From Gemmatimonadaceae bacterium (GTDB taxonomy: Bacteria; Gemmatimonadota; Gemmatimonadetes; Gemmatimonadales; Gemmatimonadaceae): 64,000 nt of DNA. The stretch spans positions 32,001 to 96,000 of the forward strand of contig JANRJP010000037.1 in the NCBI GenBank assembly GCA_033763905.1, in the 5' to 3' direction. A program made the translations under genes and the position numbers. The notes under the pieces were generated by a model. It had not been told where the DNA came from, did no database searches, and saw only the letters and a list, made by a program, of their open reading frames with translations. Of this stretch, positions 8,923-17,167 are shown piece by piece. How positions within the stretch are numbered: position 1 is the first letter of the stretch; each line of letters starts with the position of its first letter.

Positions 8923-11037
8923 ATGACGCATCCGCTGCAAGGCAGCGCCGCCGAGTTGGTGTGGCTGTTGCCGACGCTGCCGTTCCTCGGCTTCCTCATC
9001 AACGGCTGGTTGTCGATTCGGGGCGCGATGCGCGAGCGCGTGTCCACGCATCCGGCTCGCGTCACCGACGCCCACGCGCGGCATCCGCAGTTCACGCTGG
9101 TCAGTGCAGTGGGCGTCGGCACGGTCCTCGCGGCGTTCGGCGTTGCCCTCGCGGTGTTCGCCGCGCTGGTGGCCGCCCCGAGCGACGCGGGCCCGTTCGT
9201 GCAGACCTACGGCAGCTGGCTGCCGTCGGGTGACCTGCGCGTCGACTGGGCCTTTCAGGTCGATCGCCTGTCGATGGTGATGGCGCTGATCGTGACCGGC
9301 ATCGGGGCCCTGATTCACCTGTTCTCGGTCGGCTATATGGCCGAGGACCCTGGCTATCCGCGGTACTTCGCGTACCTGAATCTGTTCGTGTTCTTCATGC
9401 TCACGCTGGTGCTTGGCGCGAGCTACGCGGTGATCTTCGTCGGCTGGGAAGGCGTGGGACTCGCCTCGTACCTGCTGATCGGTTTCTGGTTCAGCGAGAC
9501 CCGCAACGCCGATGCCGGCAAGAAGGCGTTCATCGTCAACCGCGTCGGGGACTTCGGCTTCCTGATCGCGATGTTCCTGCTGTGGGCCAATCTCGGGTCG
9601 CTGGACTTCCGGGACGTGGCGGCACGTTCGACGGAGCTGGCGGCGGGCGGCGGCCTCGTGACCGCAATTTGTCTGTTCCTGTTCCTCGGCGCGGCGGGCA
9701 AGTCGGCGCAGATGCCGTTGTACATCTGGCTCCCCGATGCGATGGCGGGCCCGACGCCCGTATCGGCCCTGATCCACGCCGCGACGATGGTGACCGGCGG
9801 CGTGTATCTCGTGGCGCGCTCGGCCGATCTGTTCGCCTTGGCACCCGCGGCGTCCTTGACCGTGGTGATCGTCGGCGCAATCACGGCGATCTTCGCCGCC
9901 GTGATCGGCCTCAAGCAGTGGGACATCAAGAAGGTGTTGGCGTACTCCACGGTCAGCCAGCTCGGGATGATGTTCGTCGCGGTGGGATCTGGGGCCTACG
10001 TCGCGGGGGTCTTCCATCTGGTGACCCACGCCTTCTTCAAGGCGCTGTTGTTCCTCGGCGCCGGCGCGGTGATTCACGCCCTCCATCACGCGTATCACGA
10101 AGTGCACGACACGACCAGCGACGCGCAGGATCTGCGGCTGATGGGCGGTTTGCGTCGACAGATGCCGTGGACGTTCGGCCTGATGTGGGCCGCGACGCTT
10201 GCGATTGCCGGCATCCCCGTCCTGAGCGGATTCTTTTCGAAGGACGAGATTCTGGCGACCGTCTTCCGTCAGGCGTCAGGGTCTGCGTTGGCGAGTGCCT
10301 CGTGGCTGGGGATCTCGGGAGCATTCATCCTGTGGGTTGCCTACGGCGTGTTGCTGGTGACGGCGCTCCTGACGGCCGTCTATATGACGCGGATGATGCT
10401 GTACGCCTTCCACGGTCCCTCCCGGGTTCCCGGAGCGGCCAGCGCGCACGTGCACGACTCGCCGTGGGTGATGCGCGCGCCGCTGGTGGTGCTGGGCGTG
10501 CTCACGGTGGTTGGTGGGTGGCTGAACCTGCCCGCACTGCTGCCGATGGGACCGGTCGCGGTGCTCGAGCACTGGCTGGAGCCGGTCGTCTCCCGCGGGG
10601 CGGGCCTTCTGTCCGCCGGCAGCGCGGCGCTGTCGCACGGCACCGAGCAGGGGCTGATTGGCGCGGCGGTGGCCGTGGCCGTGCTCGGGATCGGGCTCGC
10701 GATCTGGCGCTGTCGTCCTGCGGCAGTGCCCGCCATTGATGCCGCGCAGCCGACGTCAGGCATCGAGTATGTGCTGGCCAACAAGTTCTTCGTCGACGAG
10801 GCGATTCAGCGCGTCATCGTGCAGCCGATTGTGAAGATGTCGCGCCTGGTCCTGTGGCGCGGGATCGACGTCGGGTTGCTGGATGGCGTCTTCGTCCGCG
10901 GTCCGGGCTATCTCACGCGCGGCATTGCCTGGGCAGGCGCACGACTCCAAAGCGGTCTGGTGGGCAGCTACGTCTGGGTGATCGCGATCGCCGTATTGGC
11001 CTTGCTTGGCCTGATGCTGGTCGGAGGCACCCGATGA
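8923..11037 (+). CDS. nuoL: NADH-quinone oxidoreductase subunit L
   Basis: GWEGVGL, KKAFIVNRVGD, GKSAQ..WLPDAMAGPTPVSALIHAATMV, THAFFKALLF. Confidence 0.98.
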   Translation: MTHPLQGSAAELVWLLPTLPFLGFLINGWLSIRGAMRERVSTHPARVTDAHARHPQFTLVSAVGVGTVLAAFGVALAVFAALVAAPSDAGPFVQTYGSWLPSGDLRVDWAFQVDRLSMVMALIVTGIGALIHLFSVGYMAEDPGYPRYFAYLNLFVFFMLTLVLGASYAVIFVGWEGVGLASYLLIGFWFSETRNADAGKKAFIVNRVGDFGFLIAMFLLWANLGSLDFRDVAARSTELAAGGGLVTAICLFLFLGAAGKSAQMPLYIWLPDAMAGPTPVSALIHAATMVTGGVYLVARSADLFALAPAASLTVVIVGAITAIFAAVIGLKQWDIKKVLAYSTVSQLGMMFVAVGSGAYVAGVFHLVTHAFFKALLFLGAGAVIHALHHAYHEVHDTTSDAQDLRLMGGLRRQMPWTFGLMWAATLAIAGIPVLSGFFSKDEILATVFRQASGSALASASWLGISGAFILWVAYGVLLVTALLTAVYMTRMMLYAFHGPSRVPGAASAHVHDSPWVMRAPLVVLGVLTVVGGWLNLPALLPMGPVAVLEHWLEPVVSRGAGLLSAGSAALSHGTEQGLIGAAVAVAVLGIGLAIWRCRPAAVPAIDAAQPTSGIEYVLANKFFVDEAIQRVIVQPIVKMSRLVLWRGIDVGLLDGVFVRGPGYLTRGIAWAGARLQSGLVGSYVWVIAIAVLALLGLMLVGGTR

Positions 11038-12605
11038 CGCCGATGACGGCCGACAGCTGGCTGCTGCCAGCCCTGGTGTTCGTCCCGCTGCTCGGCGCCC
11101 TCGCCATCCTGACCGTCGGGCGTGTGGCGGCGCCGGGACAGGAGCTGGTGGCGGCGCGCTGGCGCGAAATTCACGTGCTGACCGCCGTGACGCTCGGCAT
11201 CGAAGCCGTCTTGGCCTCGGTGCTGTGGTTCACGCTTGATGCGGCAGGCGCGACGTGGCAGGCGGTGGTGAATCTGCCGTGGATCAGCGAGTGGGGGGCG
11301 CGGATCCTCCTCGGCGTTGACCCGGTGAGCGGCTTGATGATTCTGCTGACCGCGTGGCTGATGTTCCTGAGCGTCGTCGGTAGTTGGAACGCGGTGAAGG
11401 CAAAGTTGCGGTCGTACTACGTCCTGTTGCTCGTCTTCACCGCCGGTTGCGTCGGCGTGTTCGCTGCCATCGACCTGCTGCTGTTCTACGTGATGTGGGA
11501 AGTGGTGTTGATCCCGCTGTACTTCGTGATCGGCGTCTGGGGTGGCCGCGAGCGGGTGGGGTCGAGCTTCCGCTTCTTCGTGCTGACGATGGGCTCGTCG
11601 CTGCTGATGCTGGTCGCGATCGGCGCACTGTGGAAGCAGTCGGGGGCCGGCTCCTTCGCGCTCGACGCCCTCGTCGGCGGCGCGGGCCTCGGGCAGACGG
11701 CGCAGCTGTGGATGTTCGGGGCGTTCTTCCTGGCGTTTGCGGTGAAGTCGGCGATGTGGCCCTTCCACACCTGGCTCCCCGATGCGCAACACGAAGCGCC
11801 CACAACGGCAGCGATCGCCCTGGGCATCAAGGTCGGGGCCTACGGGATGTTCCGCTTCGCGATGCCACTGTTTCCGCTGGCCGCGTCGCACGACACGGTG
11901 CAGGGGCTGATCATCGGCCTGGGCGTCATTGGCATCATCTACGGGGCGCTGGTGGCGTTGGTGCAGCCGGACTTCAAGCGTCTGGTGTCCTACGCGGCGA
12001 TTTCCCACGCCGGCTTCGTGCTGGTCGGGCTCTTCGCCGGCTCGGTCGAGAGTGTGCAGGGGGCCGTGCTGGTGATGGTGTCGAGCGGCATCACGAATGC
12101 GGCGCTTTTCCTGCTGCTCGGCATTCTGCACGAGCAGCGCGGCACCGGGATGATTGCGAACTTCGGCGGTCTCGCGCGCGTGGTGCCGCTCTTTGCGGTG
12201 ATGCTCACCTTGGTGACGCTGGCCAGCATCGGCCTGCCGGGCACCAACGGGTTCGTTGGCGAGTTCCTGGTGCTGCTGGGCGCATACCGCGCGTATCCCG
12301 TGGCCACGTTCCTCGCGGGCATCGGCGTGATTCTCGCGGCGGTGTACTTCCTGTGGGCGGTGCAGCGGGTGCTGTTCCAGCCGCTGGTGCACGAGGCCAA
12401 CCGGTCGCTGCGCGATTTGAATCGCCGTGAGCAGGTCGTGATGGCGACCTTTGCGGTGGTGATTCTGTGGATGGGGATCGCGCCTGGACGCCTGCTTCGG
12501 CAGATCGAGCCCTCCGCGCGTCGGCTCGTCGCCCGCGTGGAAGGGGTCGCGGCGCCGGCGTCGCCGGCGCCGGTGGCGGCTGACGCAACCTCGCGCACGC
12601 CCTGA
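11034..12605 (+). CDS. nuoM: NADH-quinone oxidoreductase subunit M, copy 1 (divergent)
   Basis: LFYVMWE..LIP, FAVK...PFHTWLPDA, GLPGTNGFVGEF; ATGA overlap with nuoL. Confidence 0.93.
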   Translation: MTPMTADSWLLPALVFVPLLGALAILTVGRVAAPGQELVAARWREIHVLTAVTLGIEAVLASVLWFTLDAAGATWQAVVNLPWISEWGARILLGVDPVSGLMILLTAWLMFLSVVGSWNAVKAKLRSYYVLLLVFTAGCVGVFAAIDLLLFYVMWEVVLIPLYFVIGVWGGRERVGSSFRFFVLTMGSSLLMLVAIGALWKQSGAGSFALDALVGGAGLGQTAQLWMFGAFFLAFAVKSAMWPFHTWLPDAQHEAPTTAAIALGIKVGAYGMFRFAMPLFPLAASHDTVQGLIIGLGVIGIIYGALVALVQPDFKRLVSYAAISHAGFVLVGLFAGSVESVQGAVLVMVSSGITNAALFLLLGILHEQRGTGMIANFGGLARVVPLFAVMLTLVTLASIGLPGTNGFVGEFLVLLGAYRAYPVATFLAGIGVILAAVYFLWAVQRVLFQPLVHEANRSLRDLNRREQVVMATFAVVILWMGIAPGRLLRQIEPSARRLVARVEGVAAPASPAPVAADATSRTP

Positions 12606-12609
12606 TCGC

Positions 12610-14190
12610 GTGCGCGCCGCGCTTGAGGCCATCGGCTACGGGCAGTGGATCCTGCCGCTGCTCCTGCTCCTGCCGTTGGGCGGAGCGGCCGCCATCTGGC
12701 TGGCCACGCCGCACGGTGCCGATGCGCTCGACGACCCCGATCCGGTGCGGGCCCGCGGGGCCGCGCGTCCGCGGCGCATCGCGGCGTGGACGCTCACGGC
12801 GTGGATGGGTCTCGGGCTTGGGCTCTGGCCCGCGTTCGACGCCTCGCTCCCGGGCTGGCAGTTCGTCGCCGATGCGCCGTGGCTGCCCGATTTCGGCGCG
12901 CGATTCACGGTGGGGATGGACGGCCTATCGCTGACGTTGGTGCTCCTGACGCTGGTGCTGATGCCGGTGTCGGTGTTCGGCGCCTGGGACGAAGTGCGCA
13001 CGCGCACCAAGTCGTACTACGCGCTGACCTGTCTCTTGGCGAGCGGGCTGGTCGGCGCCTTCGTCGCAACCGATGTGCTGCTGTTTTACGTCGCGTGGGA
13101 AGTGATGCTGGTGCCGATGTACCTGATCATCGGCATCTGGGGCGGGACGCGGCGGCTCGAGGCCGCGCTCAAGTTCGTGTTGTTCACGATCTTCGGCTCG
13201 CTGCTGATGCTCGTGGCCATCATCGTCCTGTGGCGAGAGAGCGGGACACAGAGCTTCGCCTTCGATCTGCTGCTCGACGCGCCGCCGCTCGATGCGACGA
13301 CCGCGCGCTGGCTGTTCGGTGCGTTCTTCCTTGCCTTCGCGGTCAAGATTCCTCTGGCGCCGTTGCACACCTGGCTCGCCGATGCACACACCGAGGCGCC
13401 GACCGGTGCGTCGGTGTTGCTGGCCGGCGTGATGCTCAAGGTGGGCGCCTACGGCGTCATGCGATTCGCCGTCCCGCTGTTTCCGGCGGCGGCGCTCGAG
13501 CCGTACACGCGGATGGTGATTCTGGTGCTGGCGGTCGTCGGCATTCTCTACGGGTCGCTGCTCGCGCTGGCCCAGCGCGATCTCAAGCGGCTCGTGGCCT
13601 ACTCGTCGGTCAGCCATATGGGCTTCGTCGTGCTCGGCATTTTTGCGCAGTCGCTCCAGAGCGTCGAGGGCGCGATGCTGATGATGCTGGCCCACGGGCT
13701 GTCGGCGGCGGCGCTGTTCGTGTGCGTGGGCGTGGTGAAGCAGCGCACCGGCACGCGACAGCTCGATGCGCTGGGGGGCTTGGCCCGCGTGGCGCCGCTC
13801 TTGTCGGCCGCGCTGGCCCTCTCGGCATTGGCGAGCCTCGGTCTGCCCGGCACGGCAGGATTCGTGTCGGAGTTTCTGGTGCTGTTCGGTACCTGGCGCG
13901 CCGCGCCCTGGCTGACCATCGCGGCCAGCGGTGGACTCGTCCTGGCCGCGGTGTACGTGCTCTGGGCCCTGCAGCGGGTGATCTTCAACCCGCTCGGCAA
14001 CCCGAGCTGGTCCGGGATGCCCGATCTCAGTCGGCGCGAGCTCAGCGTGCTGGGCTCGCTCGCGGTGCTGTTGTTGTGGATCGGGGTGCATCCTGCGCCC
14101 ATCCTGCGCCGGCTCGAGCCGGCCGCGGTGCATTTCCTGGTCTTGTCGGCGCGCGGGGGCCCTGCCACCGCGCCAACGCTTACGCGATAG
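12610..14190 (+). CDS. nuoM: NADH-quinone oxidoreductase subunit M, copy 2 (canonical motifs)
   Basis: FAVKIP..PLHTWLADAHTEAPTGASVLLAGVMLK, YSSVSHMG, AHGL, GFVSEF. Confidence 0.95.
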   Translation: MRAALEAIGYGQWILPLLLLLPLGGAAAIWLATPHGADALDDPDPVRARGAARPRRIAAWTLTAWMGLGLGLWPAFDASLPGWQFVADAPWLPDFGARFTVGMDGLSLTLVLLTLVLMPVSVFGAWDEVRTRTKSYYALTCLLASGLVGAFVATDVLLFYVAWEVMLVPMYLIIGIWGGTRRLEAALKFVLFTIFGSLLMLVAIIVLWRESGTQSFAFDLLLDAPPLDATTARWLFGAFFLAFAVKIPLAPLHTWLADAHTEAPTGASVLLAGVMLKVGAYGVMRFAVPLFPAAALEPYTRMVILVLAVVGILYGSLLALAQRDLKRLVAYSSVSHMGFVVLGIFAQSLQSVEGAMLMMLAHGLSAAALFVCVGVVKQRTGTRQLDALGGLARVAPLLSAALALSALASLGLPGTAGFVSEFLVLFGTWRAAPWLTIAASGGLVLAAVYVLWALQRVIFNPLGNPSWSGMPDLSRRELSVLGSLAVLLLWIGVHPAPILRRLEPAAVHFLVLSARGGPATAPTLTR

Positions 14191-14202
14191 TCTCCTCTGT
14201 CG

Positions 14203-15744
14203 ATGTCCAACGCTTCTGAATCTCTCGCGCTGACGCTCGCGCTGCTGCCGGATCTCACGGTGATGGGCGGGGCGATGGTGTTGTTGTTGTATGCCGTCTG
14301 GGGGCCCGAGGACGATCGGCGGCGCAGTCGCATTTTGGGCGGAGCCCTGGCCGTGTGCGGGGTCGCGGTCGCGGCGGTGCTCTACAGTGCGACCATCGCG
14401 CTCGGTCGCGGCGTCGGACCGCTCGCGACCGATCCGTTTCGCTGGGCCATCGACTTGGTCATCCTGACGTCGACCGCACTCACCCTGATGGTGATGCGCG
14501 ACCACGCCCCGCGGAGTCGGTGGGCGTTCGGGGAACCCGCCGTGCTCGTGCTCCTGGCCGCGGGCGGGATGATGCTGCTCGCCGCGGCCCGTGACCTGAC
14601 GCTCGTGTTCCTCGGGATCGAGTTGATGTCGGTGGCCTCCTACGTCCTGGCGGGGATCGACCGTCGGAGCGCGCGCAGCGCCGAGGCGGCGCTCAAGTAC
14701 TTCCTGTTGGGGGCGTTCTCGACGGGCTTCTTGCTCTACGGCATCGCGCTCCTCTACGGCGCGACCGGTAGCACGTCGCTCACCCTGATCGGCGCGTCGC
14801 TGAGTCCCGCCTCGGGACCGCCCAGCACGATGGCGCTCGCGGGCCTCGGGCTCTTGCTCGTCGGGTTCGCCTTCAAGGTCGCCGCGGTGCCGTTCCACCT
14901 GTGGACGCCAGACGTCTACGATGGGGCACCGACGCCGGTATCGGGGTACTTCGCGGCGGCGGTGAAGGCGGGCGCGTTCACGGCGCTGGTGCGCTTTGCA
15001 CTGGAAGCGGTGACCCCGGGTCTCGGCGTGTGGCGCGAGGCGCTGTGGTGGCTGGCGGCCCTGACGATGATCGCCGGCAACACGTTCGCGATTCAGCAGC
15101 GCAACGTGAAGCGGATGCTGGCGTACTCCAGTATTGCGCACGCGGGGTTCCTGCTCGTCGCCGTGACAACGCAGACCGCTGCCGGCGCTGCGGCCGTGCT
15201 GTTCTATCTGCTGGCGTACGCGCTGGCGACGATCGGTGCGTTCGCCGTCCTGAGCGCGGTCGGTGAAGGCGAGGATGGTGTGATGCACGCGCATCGTCTC
15301 GAGGGCCTGTGGCAGGTGCGGCCAGGCCTCGCGATGGCGATGGCCGTGTATATGCTGGCGCTCCTCGGCTTTCCCCTCGCGGGAGGCATCGGCTTCTTTG
15401 CGAAGTGGTACGTATTGCAGGCGGCGATTCAGGCGCCGGTGGCCCAGACAGGGCTGGCAATCATTCTGGTCGTGGCGACGGTGGCAAGCGCGGCGTTCTA
15501 CCTGTACGTCGTGATGGTGATGTTTATGCGCCCGCGCCGGCCGGAAGCGGTGGATCCCGCGCCTGCTGGCTGGCTGACGCGTCTGGTCATTGGGGGATCG
15601 GTGATCACGATCCTGCTGTTCGGCGTGTACCCGACGCCGTTGGTCAGTGCCGCTCGGGCGAGTGCGGCCGCATCATTCCCCAATTCGCCCCCCCCCTCGC
15701 CGTCGGTCGACGCGATGCGCGCCGTCGCGGCCCCTCTCCGCTGA
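14203..15744 (+). CDS. nuoN: NADH-quinone oxidoreductase subunit N
   Basis: EAALKYFLLGA, FKVAAVPFHLWTPDVYDGAP, KRMLAYSSIAHAG. Confidence 0.97.
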   Translation: MSNASESLALTLALLPDLTVMGGAMVLLLYAVWGPEDDRRRSRILGGALAVCGVAVAAVLYSATIALGRGVGPLATDPFRWAIDLVILTSTALTLMVMRDHAPRSRWAFGEPAVLVLLAAGGMMLLAAARDLTLVFLGIELMSVASYVLAGIDRRSARSAEAALKYFLLGAFSTGFLLYGIALLYGATGSTSLTLIGASLSPASGPPSTMALAGLGLLLVGFAFKVAAVPFHLWTPDVYDGAPTPVSGYFAAAVKAGAFTALVRFALEAVTPGLGVWREALWWLAALTMIAGNTFAIQQRNVKRMLAYSSIAHAGFLLVAVTTQTAAGAAAVLFYLLAYALATIGAFAVLSAVGEGEDGVMHAHRLEGLWQVRPGLAMAMAVYMLALLGFPLAGGIGFFAKWYVLQAAIQAPVAQTGLAIILVVATVASAAFYLYVVMVMFMRPRRPEAVDPAPAGWLTRLVIGGSVITILLFGVYPTPLVSAARASAAASFPNSPPPSPSVDAMRAVAAPLR

Positions 15745-15772
15745 CCGCTTTCCTTCTTTCTGGTGTTCTGCG

Positions 15773-17143
15773 ATGGCCATTGATCCGCGCATTTTCCGGC
15801 AGTACGACATCCGTGGCGTGGTGGATGCCGATCTCACGCTCGAAGCCGCCGAGGCTGTGGGCCGCGGATTCGCGGCCGTGCTGGCCGCGCGAGGCATTGC
15901 GGGCACTGTCGCGGTAGGCCGCGACAACCGGCCCAGCGGCGTCAAGCTCCGCGACGCCCTCGTCGGGGCCCTCACCCGCGCGGGGCTCTCGGTCGTCGAC
16001 GTCGGCGAAGTGCCGACGCCCGCACTGTACTGGACGCTGCACAATCTCGACGTGGTGGCCGGCATCCAGATCACCGGGTCACACAATCCGCCGGAGTTCA
16101 ACGGGTTCAAGATGTGCATCGGGCACGGCTCCTTGCACAGCGAGGGCATTCAGGATCTGCGCGTCCGGAGCGAGGCCCCGGCCTTCGTCGCGCCAGTGCC
16201 GGGGACCGTGCGGAGTGAGGCCATCCTCGATCGCTACGTCGCGGATCTCATCGCCCGCACCGGTCGCCTCTCGCGCCCGCTCAAGGTGGTGGTCGACGCG
16301 GGCAACGGCGTCGGCGCGCTCGTGGCGAAGCCCCTCTTCGACGGGTTGGGGGCGCAGGCGACGTATCTGTTCTGCGACAGCGATGGCACGTTCCCGAATC
16401 ACCACCCGGATCCCACCGTCGACGAGAACCTCGAGGATCTCATCCACGCGGTGCGCGCGCAGGGCGCGGACCTCGGCGTGGCCTTCGACGGCGACGCCGA
16501 CCGCATCGGGATGGTCGATGCCGAGGGCAACATCATCCGGGGGGATCACATCCTGATCCTGTACGCGCGCGACGTGCTCGCGCGGACGGGGCAGGGCCAG
16601 CCGATCATCTTCGACGTGAAGTGCTCGCAGGCGCTGTCGGACGCGGTGTCGGCGGCGGGCGGTGTCCCGGTGATGTGGAAGACCGGGCACTCGCTCATCA
16701 AGGACAAGATGAAGGAAACCCACGCGCCGATCGCCGGCGAGATGTCCGGGCATATGTTCTTCGTCGAAGGGTTCTACGGCCACGACGATGCGCCCTACGC
16801 CGCGGCGCGCGCGTTGCGCATCGTCGCCGATGCCAATCGACCCGTGGCGGCGCTGCTCGCCGATGTCCCGAAGTTCGTCAGCACGCCGGAACTGCGCGTG
16901 GACGTGGACGAGGACCGCAAGTTCGGCATCGTTGCCGATGCCGTGCGGCACTTCAAGGCGAAGTACGACTGTATCGACGTCGACGGAGTGCGCGTGCTCT
17001 TCGGTGACGGCTGGGGACTGATCCGGGCGTCCAACACGCAGCCGATTCTCGTGTGCCGTTACGAAGCACGCAGTGCGGAACGGCTTGCCGTCATCCGCGA
17101 CGAAATGGAGACGTGGTTGCGGGCGCAGGGCGTCACGCTCTGA
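15773..17143 (+). CDS. phosphomannomutase/phosphoglucomutase (AlgC-type)
   Basis: IFRQYDIRG, ITGSHNP (phospho-Ser), FDGDADR, GEMSGH, RASNTQP. Confidence 0.95.
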   Translation: MAIDPRIFRQYDIRGVVDADLTLEAAEAVGRGFAAVLAARGIAGTVAVGRDNRPSGVKLRDALVGALTRAGLSVVDVGEVPTPALYWTLHNLDVVAGIQITGSHNPPEFNGFKMCIGHGSLHSEGIQDLRVRSEAPAFVAPVPGTVRSEAILDRYVADLIARTGRLSRPLKVVVDAGNGVGALVAKPLFDGLGAQATYLFCDSDGTFPNHHPDPTVDENLEDLIHAVRAQGADLGVAFDGDADRIGMVDAEGNIIRGDHILILYARDVLARTGQGQPIIFDVKCSQALSDAVSAAGGVPVMWKTGHSLIKDKMKETHAPIAGEMSGHMFFVEGFYGHDDAPYAAARALRIVADANRPVAALLADVPKFVSTPELRVDVDEDRKFGIVADAVRHFKAKYDCIDVDGVRVLFGDGWGLIRASNTQPILVCRYEARSAERLAVIRDEMETWLRAQGVTL

Positions 17144-17167
17144 CGCGCCGGCTGCGCTAGGCTCCGC

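Noticed and set aside
12925..15294. 789-aa minus-strand ORF, and similar long antisense ORFs at 17594-19642, 18769-21042, 25269-27344, 29765-31579 and 32427-34223
   Set aside because: Shadow ORFs opposite well-conserved genes; expected from high-GC codon bias; no recognisable motifs
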